Assembly (NCBI GenBank): GCA_947478395.1
Contig: CANJVR010000002.1
Coordinates: 704,001-768,000 of the forward strand
Length of the DNA stretch: 64,000 bases
Direction: 5' to 3'
Source of the DNA: Opitutia bacterium
Lineage (GTDB): Bacteria > Verrucomicrobiota > Verrucomicrobiia > Opitutales > Opitutaceae
Shown: in pieces, positions 1 through 12,100 of the stretch
Layout: each line of letters starts with the position of its first letter
How positions within the stretch are numbered: the first letter of the stretch is position 1
Translations under genes and position numbers: made by a program
Notes under the pieces: model-generated
The model's input: only the letters and a program-made list of their open reading frames with translations
Database searches by the model: none
What the model was told of the DNA's origin: nothing

Positions 1-1425
1 CAACAGCGCGGAGGCCACAGTTTCCAGCAAAGCGCTGAGCACGAGTCGGCCGCGTCCACCGAACCGCGCCACCTCGCGGCCCCGGCCGAGCATGGCCACG
101 ATGCTTACGACCTTCGGCAAAAAAAGCAGCAGCATCGTAAACGCGAACAGCGTCAGCGCCTCAGGGACTTCCACCATGTAGCCGAAGACCGAAGTAAAAT
201 CCTGCGGTCGAGTTACCGTTGGCCGCGTCATCAGGCCGAATACATAGATTGTGCTCAACAGCAGGAACACGAGCCAGAGCAGCGACGAGGCGTACGCCAT
301 CACCCCCATGAGCAGGTGAAACCGGTTCGCCGGACGAAAGCCCCGCGTCGTGAGCAGCCAGGCATGCTGCATGTTGCCCTGACACCAGCGCCGGTCCCGC
401 TTGGCGCTGTCGATGAGCGTCGGCGGACCCTCCTCGTAACTGCCCTCGATCTCTGCCGCCAGCCACACCGCCCAGCCGGCTCGGCGCATCAGCGCCGCCT
501 CGACAAAATCGTGCGAAAGAATCCGACCGCCAAAAGGCTCGCTCCCCGGGAGGTCCGGCAGCGAACAATGATCAATGAAAGGCTGCACGCGGATGATCGC
601 GTTATGCCCCCAGTAATTCCCATCGTGTTGCTGCCAATAATTCAGCCCCGCGAGAAATAGCGGGCTGTAAAGACGGTTCGCGAACGATTGCAGCCGCGCA
701 TAAAGCGTCTCGCCCTGCACGATGGCGGGCGCGGTCTGAATGATTCCCACAAGGGGATTCTTCTCCATCATCGCCACCAGCTGCACCAGCGCCCGACCCG
801 TCATGATCGAATCCGCGTCGAGCACCACCATGTAGCGGTAATTTTTTCCCCAGCGCCGGAGAAAATCCGCCACGTTGCCCGCCTTCTTGTTAATCTGCTG
901 GCGGCGCTTGCGGTAAAAAATCCGCCCGAATCCGCCCACCTGTTTGCACAATTCAACCCAAGCGACCTCCTCCTGGATCCACTGATTCGGGCGGGTCGAA
1001 TCGCTGAGGATAAAAAAATCGAAATGCTCGAGCTGCTTCGTCTCCTGTACGGAGCGATAGATGAGCCGCAGCCCCTCAAACACGCGGCTGACGTCCTCGT
1101 TGAAAACGGGCATGACAATCGCGGTTGATGCGAGTGTTGGCACCTCATCCGGATCGACCGTGGCCGCAATGCGCGAGCTGTCGCCGCCGCGGTTGATCAC
1201 ATAAAAGCCGACGAGCGCCGTGCAAAACCCCGTCGCGATATGGGCGAACAAAACCACGAAGAGCGCCAGCAAAACCAACTCCATACCGGTGATCCCATTT
1301 CGCCAGAGCAGGTCCGCCATGAACCATGAAGCGAGACTCGTCAGGCAGAAGATGCTCGAGAAAAACAAAAACCGCCGGCGGTTCAGCCGTCGCGAATCCA
1401 TCCGGTCATTAAGGAAAATGCGCAC
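1..1425 (-). CDS. opgH: Glucans biosynthesis glucosyltransferase H (GT2), 3'-partial, runs off the window
   Basis: Hand translation (absent from the ORF track) gives N-terminal TM helices, IVMPVFNED, RDRRWCQGNMQH and LVLSALLETVASALL. Start is GTG 1425 or ATG 1401. Lies downstream of opgG. Confidence 0.93.
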   Translation of the reverse strand, partial: MRIFLNDRMDSRRLNRRRFLFFSSIFCLTSLASWFMADLLWRNGITGMELVLLALFVVLFAHIATGFCTALVGFYVINRGGDSSRIAATVDPDEVPTLASTAIVMPVFNEDVSRVFEGLRLIYRSVQETKQLEHFDFFILSDSTRPNQWIQEEVAWVELCKQVGGFGRIFYRKRRQQINKKAGNVADFLRRWGKNYRYMVVLDADSIMTGRALVQLVAMMEKNPLVGIIQTAPAIVQGETLYARLQSFANRLYSPLFLAGLNYWQQHDGNYWGHNAIIRVQPFIDHCSLPDLPGSEPFGGRILSHDFVEAALMRRAGWAVWLAAEIEGSYEEGPPTLIDSAKRDRRWCQGNMQHAWLLTTRGFRPANRFHLLMGVMAYASSLLWLVFLLLSTIYVFGLMTRPTVTRPQDFTSVFGYMVEVPEALTLFAFTMLLLFLPKVVSIVAMLGRGREVARFGGRGRLVLSALLETVASALL

Positions 1426-1458
1426 AGGATCGTTCGATGTTCTTGGGGCGTTAAGGAC

Positions 1459-2046
1459 TCAACGTGTAACGCGGAAGATCGCGCCAAGCGCAGCGACGAA
1501 AAGCAGCCAGAGAAACAGGGTCCGCAGGATCGGCCATTTCTCGAAACGCTCGAGGGTTTCGCCGGCGGCACCGGGAATCAGACCGAGGTCGATGGGCCGC
1601 GGCACCATATTCGACACGGCCAGGTCGGGGCCTGCCACCAGCGAACTCGCTCGGATCGCATCGGCGAATTCTGCCGGGATGTTTTTCACGTCCAGGAAAG
1701 CGTACGGCCAGCGCTCCGAGCCGTCGCTGAGGAGCAGCGCCAGCCGTCCGTCGATCGCAATGCGCTCGTGCGGCTGGCCGCTCCGGTCAAGGACCGTGGC
1801 AAACCACGCATCCATCATGGCCTCGGTTTCCTCCGCGGCCAACGTGGTGAGATCGAGCGCGGGCTGCGCCGCGTGACGCTGCGCCGCGCGCTCCAGAATT
1901 TCCTGAATGAGCCGGCTTTGGTGCAGTCGGTTGTGGATGCGGTGCGCGCGAAGATAATCCTCAACCCGCACATAGGCGGCGTTCCACGCGTCCATCGTTC
2001 CGGTTCGCGGCCGAAACGAACTCAGGGATTCCATAGATAGCTCCAT
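1459..2046 (-). CDS. Hypothetical membrane protein between opgG and opgH
   Basis: 195-aa ORF with a C-terminal TM helix, overlapping the opgG stop. Start may be ATG 2034. Confidence 0.8.
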   Translation of the reverse strand: MELSMESLSSFRPRTGTMDAWNAAYVRVEDYLRAHRIHNRLHQSRLIQEILERAAQRHAAQPALDLTTLAAEETEAMMDAWFATVLDRSGQPHERIAIDGRLALLLSDGSERWPYAFLDVKNIPAEFADAIRASSLVAGPDLAVSNMVPRPIDLGLIPGAAGETLERFEKWPILRTLFLWLLFVAALGAIFRVTR

Positions 2047-3641
2047 GTTTCCGTCAAAACGTGGGGACTCTTACGCAGAAAACAACGCAGTTCCACGGGC
2101 CGCCCCGTGCCGTCAGGTTTGATGCCGAAGCCCAGCCGCCAGCTTTGGTTAAACGGATTTTTCTGAACGGTTTTGTACGCGAGGGTCGCGCCGGCGCCCA
2201 CGATCACCACGGGCTCGATCTTGTAGTCGTTGGGCTGACCCCGCAGATCGGCCCCATCGAAGTCGATCACGAAGCGCCTCAGTTCCGGCTCATGCGTCCG
2301 AGAAAATCCGATACGCGTCGCAACCGCCACGCCCGCCGGCGGGTGAATCTGGTCACGAAACCAGTGGAGCTTATACTCGTAGTCGATCGGCTGGCCCACC
2401 GCCGGCAGCTGATCCGGCACCCAGAAGGCGACGATGTTATCGTTGGTCTCATCCGCCGCGGGTAACTCGGCCAGACGGACCGTACCACGGCCCCAATCGC
2501 CGACTGGCTCAATCCACGCATTGGTGCGGGCGTGATACGACGCCTCCAAATCCTGATAGGAGTCAAATTGACGGTCACGTTGGACCAGACCGAAGCCGCG
2601 CGGGTGATTGTCCGAGAACGCAGCTACACGCGTCGCCTTGGGATTAGAAAGCGGGCGCCAAATCCATTCGCCGGCGCCCGTGGCGACCATCAAGCCGTCC
2701 GAATCGTGCACTTCAGGTCGAAAATCTCCGTAGTTGGTCCCTGAGTTTTCGCCGTACCAAAACATGCTCGTCAGCGGAGCCAGTCCAAGGACCTTCGGAT
2801 TCTTCCGGCAGTAGAGCGCCGCCTTGATTTCCATCAGTGTCTCCGCGCCCGGCGTGACGGTAAACCGGTACGCGCCCGCCAGACTCGGGCTGTCCATCAG
2901 CGCATAGATCGTGAACTGCTTCGCGGTGGTCGACGGCCGCTCGATCCAGAATTCCTCGAAAACGGGAAACTCCTCCCCGTCGGACTCCGCGGTATTGACC
3001 GCCAGACCGCGCGCCGAGAGCCCGTAGACCGTGTTGATGCACAGTGAACGGAAGTAGCTCGCGCCCTGAAACGAAACGAGTTCGTCCCACGGACGGTCGA
3101 GCGGACCGAGCATGCGAAACCCGGCGAAACCAATTTTATCGCTGAGACCTTCGCCGACCTTGAGCTTGCCGTACTTGAACAAGCTGGACGAAAACCGGAT
3201 CGGCACCACGGTGCGTCCGGCAATTTCATTGAGCTGAATGGTCCGGTCGAAAACGAAACCCGGGTGGGAAAACTGAACTTGAAACGGGACGACCTCGCGG
3301 CGCCAGCGGGTCTGCTCTTCTTCGAACGTGATGAGCCGGTATTCGTCGTAGCTCAGGCGCAGGAGCGATTCGGGCACCGTGGTCGGCCGCCGTACGAACG
3401 GGCGCGCGGAAAGGTCCTTGGCCTTGGCGCGCAACGACTCGAAGTCGAAACCCTTATCCGCCGCTTGGCTCAAGTCCGCGGCGACGACGAACGCCAGTAA
3501 CGCACCCACCAGGCGGGTCGCCGCTTTCCAGCCGGATCGTATTTGTGCGCGGCCCGATGTGCTCGGGGCACCCTCGCCCCGCGCAAAATTATCGTTGGCC
3601 GCACCAACGGTTTCGCCCGAGCAAAAATATGAATCGTTCAT
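2022..3641 (-). CDS. opgG: Periplasmic glucan biosynthesis protein OpgG/MdoG
   Basis: Motifs FQGASYFRS, YGLSARGLA, DFRPEVHDSDGL, DETNDNIVAFW and C-terminal TETWSY. Start uncertain. Confidence 0.95.
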   Translation of the reverse strand: MNDSYFCSGETVGAANDNFARGEGAPSTSGRAQIRSGWKAATRLVGALLAFVVAADLSQAADKGFDFESLRAKAKDLSARPFVRRPTTVPESLLRLSYDEYRLITFEEEQTRWRREVVPFQVQFSHPGFVFDRTIQLNEIAGRTVVPIRFSSSLFKYGKLKVGEGLSDKIGFAGFRMLGPLDRPWDELVSFQGASYFRSLCINTVYGLSARGLAVNTAESDGEEFPVFEEFWIERPSTTAKQFTIYALMDSPSLAGAYRFTVTPGAETLMEIKAALYCRKNPKVLGLAPLTSMFWYGENSGTNYGDFRPEVHDSDGLMVATGAGEWIWRPLSNPKATRVAAFSDNHPRGFGLVQRDRQFDSYQDLEASYHARTNAWIEPVGDWGRGTVRLAELPAADETNDNIVAFWVPDQLPAVGQPIDYEYKLHWFRDQIHPPAGVAVATRIGFSRTHEPELRRFVIDFDGADLRGQPNDYKIEPVVIVGAGATLAYKTVQKNPFNQSWRLGFGIKPDGTGRPVELRCFLRKSPHVLTETWSYLWNP

Positions 3642-4552
3642 TTATCCAAAAAAAAGCCGCGCTGTTTATCGGTAATGGGAAGCGCGGCGCGCTCCATCAC
3701 CTTCAGTATATCTTCCCAGATCATCCGCTTCGAGCGGTTCGTCTGACTGCGCAAAATATAGCTCGGGTGGTAGGTCACCATGAGCTGCTTACCCGCAAAT
3801 TCGTGCCATCTCCCACGCACTTCGCCGAGCGTTTTAAATGTTCCGAAACCGAGCAATCCCTGCGCCGCGGTGGAACCCAACGCGACGATCACCGCCGGTT
3901 GCACCACCTCGATCTGCGCCCGAAAAAATGGGAGACAGTAGCGCATCTCCTCCTCTGTCGGAGGACGATTTCCAACCGGCTCCCCGCCCCCGACCACGGG
4001 CACATCGGGCCGCCAGTTCATGATGTTAGCGATATAGACGTCGGACCGTTTCAGCCCCATCGCGCCAATCATTTTAGTGAGCAACTGCCCCGCGGGCCCG
4101 ACGAAAGGCTCGCCCTGGATCTCTTCTTCCGCTCCCGGCGCCTCGCCGACAAACATGATCTGCGCATCGAGATTACCGACCCCCAGAACGACTTTCTTGC
4201 CCGGACGCATCTGCGCACGATAGACCGGATCAGCAGTCACAAGCGCCAGCAGCGCCGCCGACCGCGCGGCTTTGTCGCCCTCGGGTAATTTAAAACTGGG
4301 CGAAGGCGGCAACGTTGAGCGCGACGGGGCAACCGGGACGGCCACCGCGGGCTTTGCTGCGAGCGACACCGCCGGAGACGCGACCGCCAATACCACCCCA
4401 GGTTTTGTCGGCGGCGTATCTCCCGCCGCGGGTTGCCGAGCTACAGCACGACGCAACGCCAGCAAACCCTCGGCGCTCACGCTGACCGTTTTCACTCCCG
4501 CCGATTTTAAACGGCGGAGTTCATTTGTGAGCACAGTGAGAGCGGATCGCAT
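3638..4552 (-). CDS. Uracil-DNA glycosylase, family 4
   Basis: Motifs FVGEAPGAEEE, PFVGPAGQLL, NRPPT and TYHPSY. Confidence 0.92.
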   Translation of the reverse strand: MRSALTVLTNELRRLKSAGVKTVSVSAEGLLALRRAVARQPAAGDTPPTKPGVVLAVASPAVSLAAKPAVAVPVAPSRSTLPPSPSFKLPEGDKAARSAALLALVTADPVYRAQMRPGKKVVLGVGNLDAQIMFVGEAPGAEEEIQGEPFVGPAGQLLTKMIGAMGLKRSDVYIANIMNWRPDVPVVGGGEPVGNRPPTEEEMRYCLPFFRAQIEVVQPAVIVALGSTAAQGLLGFGTFKTLGEVRGRWHEFAGKQLMVTYHPSYILRSQTNRSKRMIWEDILKVMERAALPITDKQRGFFLDK

Positions 4553-4561
4553 GGCTGCTTT

Positions 4562-5155
4562 CTAGACGCGGAGCTGAATGAGTTTCTCCACGTGCTTGCC
4601 GAGCAAATCAAATTCGAGGTTCACGGCCTCACCGCCGCGGCGCGCGTGAAGATTCGTGGCCAGCATCGTGTGTGGAATCAGCCAGACGGCGAACTCGGTG
4701 TCGGCGACTTCGGCGATGGTCAGGGAAATCCCATCGATCGCGATGCTGCCTTTGTGGACGATATAACGCGTCAGATCCCGCGAAACGCGCACCCGTAAAT
4801 AATAATCTTTCCCACGTGGTTCGAGCGCCACCACGGTTCCCGTCGTATCGATATGGCCGGTCACAAAATGTCCGCCCACTTTACCGCCGAAGCGGAGACT
4901 GCGCTCGAGATTCACGGGGGAGCCCGCGGCCAAAGCCCCGAAATTCGTGAGACGGCGCGTCTCCTCCAGCACGTCGAAGTGCAGCGCGTTTTCACTTAAG
5001 CGCGCGAGGGTCAGACAACAGCCATTAACGGCAATGCTGTCGCCGAGCGTCGCATCGATGCGGGCCCGTTCACCCGCGATCGAAAGCTCCCATGCCTCAG
5101 CCTCCGGCCGGAACGAAACCACTTTACCAACTTCCTCAACGATGCCCGTAAACAT
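4562..5155 (-). CDS. ribE: Riboflavin synthase (alpha chain)
   Basis: N-terminal MFTGIVE, GDSIAVNGCCLT, GGHFVTGHID, GSIAIDGISLT. Confidence 0.97.
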   Translation of the reverse strand: MFTGIVEEVGKVVSFRPEAEAWELSIAGERARIDATLGDSIAVNGCCLTLARLSENALHFDVLEETRRLTNFGALAAGSPVNLERSLRFGGKVGGHFVTGHIDTTGTVVALEPRGKDYYLRVRVSRDLTRYIVHKGSIAIDGISLTIAEVADTEFAVWLIPHTMLATNLHARRGGEAVNLEFDLLGKHVEKLIQLRV

Positions 5156-5167
5156 GGTGCGATCGGG

Positions 5168-6595
5168 CTATTTCAACTTGGCGCGCAGGACCGCCGTGTC
5201 GCCGCCGCGGCTCACCAGCAGCACAAATTCGGTCCGCTGCGCATCCGCTTCGATGGCGACGAGTTTTTCCACGGCGGCGGCAAACGTCTTCACCTCGACG
5301 CCGTCGATCTCACGGATCCAGTCATCGGGCCGCAGGCCGGCGGTGGCGACGGGACTGTTGCCCCGCGCAAAATCCGCGACGACGCCGGTACGCTCGGTGA
5401 ATTTCACGCGGCGCGCGACCGCATCCCCGTAGACGAATTCGCGCGCGGTGAAACCGAGCCGTTCGAAATATTTGCGCTCCGCCTCGCGCATCAGCTTCGG
5501 CTCGTCACCGAGCGTCGCCTTCAATTCCACTCGCTCGCTTCCGCGCAGCACGGTGAAAGCCATGACGTCGCCCGGCACGCGCCGCTCGACCTCGCGTTCG
5601 ACAAACGCAACCACCACGCGGTCGGGCTTGAAGCGCGGCAACGGTTTGCCGTCGATCGCGAGCACGATATCGCGCGCCTGCATGCCGGCTTTTTCGGCGG
5701 GACTGCCGTCGAGGATTTCGCTGACGACCGCGCCGGACTGCGATTCCAGTTTCAAAAACGCCGCGACCTCGCGGTCCATCGGCTCAAAGCCATCGGCCCC
5801 CAGCCAAGCCAGCGGGCGGCCCGAAATATTTTTCGGAATCCGCCCGAGATACGGGAGTACTTCCTCAGCGAGCTGAAACGCACTGCTTTCCTCGACGTTG
5901 ATCAGCATGATCGGCGAGCCGCCTCGCTCCATGCGGGAAAACTGAACAAAGGTCTGGCCGAACGACGTCGAGGCGAGCCCGATGAACTGGCCCGCGAGAT
6001 TAAACACCGGCAGGCCGGGACCAGCGATTTCCTGCTGGGCGATCGCGGTGCGCTGCGGGAGCGCCTGAATCAGGGCGATGTGACTTTTCAAAATATAAGG
6101 GGCGAAATCCTCATCCTTGTTGCGCAAGCCCAAGCCCCAAATTTCCTCCGCCAAAGCCGGGACCGGCGGTACGCCCGGTGCCGCAAACGCGGTGATCGGC
6201 ACGAGTTGCCCCCGCAGTTTTTCTTCCACCCGGACGAAATGCCAGCCGGTGAGCACGTCCTGTCCGAGGTATTCGCCGGTTGAACTCGTGGCGTCGCCCG
6301 GCAGGTAAACCTTGAAATCTTTCATCTGCGCGGCTGCAGCGCGGGGATCGATCGCGGCCGCGGGCAGGATGATCGTGCCCATCTTGTCCGCCACGATCCC
6401 GAACGCGACGTTCGGGCGGCGGTCGGTTTCAGTGATCGCGATGTATTCCACGGCGACCACGCTCTTCAGGCGCTCCGCCCAAAGGGCCGGTAAGTCCGAG
6501 GCTTTGAGTCTCACCGGTCCTGTTAGACCTAGAAGACTGAGAAGACCGACCCGTGCGACCAGCGGTAGTTTAAATTTCAGAAAACGAAATTTCAT
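5168..6595 (-). CDS. Exported HtrA-like trypsin-fold/PDZ protein lacking the catalytic triad
   Basis: Signal peptide and two PDZ domains (GSPAEKAG, NSPVATAGLRPDD). Collinear with the neighbouring HtrA but lacks His/Asp/Ser motifs. Confidence 0.8.
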   Translation of the reverse strand: MKFRFLKFKLPLVARVGLLSLLGLTGPVRLKASDLPALWAERLKSVVAVEYIAITETDRRPNVAFGIVADKMGTIILPAAAIDPRAAAAQMKDFKVYLPGDATSSTGEYLGQDVLTGWHFVRVEEKLRGQLVPITAFAAPGVPPVPALAEEIWGLGLRNKDEDFAPYILKSHIALIQALPQRTAIAQQEIAGPGLPVFNLAGQFIGLASTSFGQTFVQFSRMERGGSPIMLINVEESSAFQLAEEVLPYLGRIPKNISGRPLAWLGADGFEPMDREVAAFLKLESQSGAVVSEILDGSPAEKAGMQARDIVLAIDGKPLPRFKPDRVVVAFVEREVERRVPGDVMAFTVLRGSERVELKATLGDEPKLMREAERKYFERLGFTAREFVYGDAVARRVKFTERTGVVADFARGNSPVATAGLRPDDWIREIDGVEVKTFAAAVEKLVAIEADAQRTEFVLLVSRGGDTAVLRAKLK

Positions 6596-7950
6596 GGTTT
6601 GAGAATATAGAGCGACACCCGCCGGTCGCGGCGCGCTTCGAAGAGCGTCGGTGCCGGCTTGAGTTCATAGGCGGTGTGCGCGGCCTGAATGACCGCGAGC
6701 GAGGCGACCGGTTGCTGATTAATTTTCGTGATGATATCGCCGCGGGCTACCCCGGCTACCTCGGCCGGGAAGCCCGGTTGTACGCCGATCACGAGCACGC
6801 CGCTGTCGTCGGCCAGCTGCGATTCGCGGGCGAACGCCCGCGATACCTTGCGTACACTCAGACCCCATTTTTCAAAGGCCCATTCTTCGCCGACCCGACT
6901 TTCGAGGCGCTCCGTCGTGACCGTGACGTCGGTGGTCTGGCCCGCGCGTTTGTAGGTGAGCCGAAGCTTCGAGCCGACGGGCTGGCTCGCGATGAGATTT
7001 TGAATCGGCGGCAACTGCTCGGGAAAACGTCCATCCAAGTTGGTGCCGTCGACGGACAGGACAATGTCGCCGCCGCGCAATCCGGCCTTCGCGGCCGGCG
7101 AACCCGGGTCGACGCTGTCGACGAGTACGCCGGTGTTGAGCGCCAGCGCGTAGAAGTTTTCCAGATCCTGCACCTTGCGCGGGACAATGCCGATGTAGCT
7201 GCGGACGATCGTGCCATCCTTAACCAGGCCGCTGACGATTTTTTTGGCGATATTGGCGGGGATGGCGAAGCCCAGATTGTTTGCACCGAGATAGCCACGG
7301 GAGCTGATGCCGACAACCTTGCCGTCCTCCGTGACCAACGGACCGCCGGAGTTGCCGGGATTGATCGCCGCGTCGGTTTGCAACCAGGTATTGAACGCGC
7401 CGGTCTCGTAGCCATTGACCCCGATGTCGTCGGCGAAGTAGCGGTTGTTATTGGAAATGATTCCGCGGGTGACCGTGCGGGTCAGGCCATGCGGCGTGCC
7501 GACAGCGTAAACGGTCTGACCCGGGAAAAGTTTTCCGCTGTCCCCAAAATCAGCGGTCGCGAATTTTAATCCGCGGCGTTTTGCCTCCGCCATATCGATC
7601 CGCAAAAGCGCGAGATCCGTCCAGTGGTCCCAGCCGACCAGCTTCGCGTCGACGTTCTCAAGGTTGGCCAGCGTGATCGTGAGCTCGACCGCGTGGGGAT
7701 TGGCCACATGGGCATTCGTGAGGACCAGTCCGTCCGCGTTCAAAATCACGCCGGACCCAATGCTACCCACGTAACGGCGCGCGCCCGATTCGAACGACAC
7801 CTCGCGCACGGTGATGCAAACGACGGCGTCCAACAACTGGTTAAATCCTTTGCTCATGGCCGCGTGCGCCGAGGAAATCGCGAGGCCCGCGGCGAGCGCG
7901 AAGGCGAAGATTGACCGAGCAACTGAAAGATTAACAGTGGAGTGTTTCAC
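6592..7950 (-). CDS. HtrA/DegP-family serine protease with two PDZ domains
   Basis: Motifs [38 protein letters not shown]; signal peptide. Confidence 0.93.
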   Translation of the reverse strand: MKHSTVNLSVARSIFAFALAAGLAISSAHAAMSKGFNQLLDAVVCITVREVSFESGARRYVGSIGSGVILNADGLVLTNAHVANPHAVELTITLANLENVDAKLVGWDHWTDLALLRIDMAEAKRRGLKFATADFGDSGKLFPGQTVYAVGTPHGLTRTVTRGIISNNNRYFADDIGVNGYETGAFNTWLQTDAAINPGNSGGPLVTEDGKVVGISSRGYLGANNLGFAIPANIAKKIVSGLVKDGTIVRSYIGIVPRKVQDLENFYALALNTGVLVDSVDPGSPAAKAGLRGGDIVLSVDGTNLDGRFPEQLPPIQNLIASQPVGSKLRLTYKRAGQTTDVTVTTERLESRVGEEWAFEKWGLSVRKVSRAFARESQLADDSGVLVIGVQPGFPAEVAGVARGDIITKINQQPVASLAVIQAAHTAYELKPAPTLFEARRDRRVSLYILKP

Positions 7951-7953
7951 GCG

Positions 7954-10530
<2,577 letters not shown>

Positions 10531-10658
10531 CCTCGTCCGCAGATAGGAGCCCTGCGAGTCCCTTCCTGCATCCGCCCCACGCGCTGGAGCGTCGCGTTCG
10601 TTTTTCGCCGCCCCATTTCCGTCTTCCGCCCCGGCCCTCGCGCCTCCAACCTGCGCCG

Positions 10659-11504
10659 GTGCCGCTTTCCGCCTTCCTGCCTTCCGGGTTCGATCCCACC
10701 AAACCCGTCGCCCTCATCGCCGGCCAGGGCCTCTATCCGCAACTGGTCGCTCACGCCATTCGTGCCGCCGGCATTCCACTCAAACTGGTCGCGTTCCACG
10801 AAGAGACCAACCCCGAGCTCGTGGCGTCGTTTTCCGACGCCGACCGCCGCACGTTGCTCGTGGGTCAACTGGGGAAAATGCTGCGTGCCCTGCAGGATTT
10901 CGACGCGGGAAGCGCCATCATGGCCGGACAAATCGCGCCGAAACGGCTGTTCAAGGGTCTGCATCCCGACCTGAAGGCGACCCGGATTTTATTTTCCCTA
11001 AAACGCCGCAACGCTGAGACGATCTTCGGTGCGATCGCCACCGAAATTACCCAGCTCGGCATCGCGTTACTCGACGCCCGCTCGTTCCTCGACGATCAAC
11101 TCGCCACGACCGGCAACATGACGGGGCGCAGTTTCCCGATCGATGACGAGTATCTTAAACACGGTATCGAGATCGCCCGCGAATGCGCTCGGCTCGACAT
11201 CGGTCAGGGCTGCGTCGTGCGCAAGGGCACGGTGCTCGCAGTCGAGGCTTACGAAGGCACCGATGAAATGCTCCGCCGCGCGGGCACGCTAAAAACCGAC
11301 GGCACCCTCTTCGTGAAAACCGTGAAGGCCCGCCAGGATTTTCGGTTCGACGTGCCGTGCTTCGGGCTGCGCACGCTCGAGACCATGCGCGAAGCCAAGA
11401 TCTCCGCCGCGGCTCTGGAAACCGGGCGTGTGCTGATCCTCGACAAGCCCGCCGTCCTAACTCAGGCGCGGGCGTGGGGCATTAATTTGATGGGGTTTGA
11501 ATAA
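10659..11504 (+). CDS. lpxI: UDP-2,3-diacylglucosamine diphosphatase, LpxI family
   Basis: LIAGQG.YP, LDIGQGCVV, AVEAYEGTD, QDFRFDVP. Confidence 0.88.
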   Translation: MPLSAFLPSGFDPTKPVALIAGQGLYPQLVAHAIRAAGIPLKLVAFHEETNPELVASFSDADRRTLLVGQLGKMLRALQDFDAGSAIMAGQIAPKRLFKGLHPDLKATRILFSLKRRNAETIFGAIATEITQLGIALLDARSFLDDQLATTGNMTGRSFPIDDEYLKHGIEIARECARLDIGQGCVVRKGTVLAVEAYEGTDEMLRRAGTLKTDGTLFVKTVKARQDFRFDVPCFGLRTLETMREAKISAAALETGRVLILDKPAVLTQARAWGINLMGFE

Positions 11505-11618
11505 CGGCGCGGCGGATTAGGTCCGCTTTGTGAAATGCGGCCGGGGCCGGCGGCGCTCCCGCGAATCCTTGCACCGCCCGACTTGCGCTCGACCCGTCTC
11601 CCTCCATCGTCCTTTCCT

Positions 11619-12098
11619 ATGCAACCCGACGTCGTCGCCGTCACCATCAAGGGAGTCATTCCCACCTCGAATGGCTGTGCCGTTTTTCTCGGCGACGACT
11701 CGAAAAGCTTTGTCATCTACGTCGACAATTCCGTCGGCAACGCGATCCAGATGACGCTCAGCGGCATCAAAAAAGAGCGTCCACTCACGCACGACCTGAT
11801 CGGCAGCATCCTGCTCGGCCTCGACGCGCGTCTCGAACACATCGTCGTCAACGACGCGAACAAGGACACGTTCTTCGCCCGTATCCTCCTGCGCATGGAA
11901 AACGAGCTGGGCAAAAAAATCGTCGAAATCGACGCCCGCCCGAGCGACTCCATCGTTCTCGCCCTCCAGCAACGCCGCCCCATTTACGTCGCGCGCGAAG
12001 TGTTCGCCAATGCGCCCGACATGTCGGACACGCTCGCCCGTTTTGAAAAACAACGGGCCGAGGAACGGGAATCATCGAGCGACGAAGAGACGACCTGA
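11619..12098 (+). CDS. Bifunctional nuclease family protein (DUF151)
   Basis: RPLTHDL and IDARPSDSIVLAL motifs. Confidence 0.9.
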   Translation: MQPDVVAVTIKGVIPTSNGCAVFLGDDSKSFVIYVDNSVGNAIQMTLSGIKKERPLTHDLIGSILLGLDARLEHIVVNDANKDTFFARILLRMENELGKKIVEIDARPSDSIVLALQQRRPIYVAREVFANAPDMSDTLARFEKQRAEERESSSDEETT

Positions 12099-12100
12099 AC

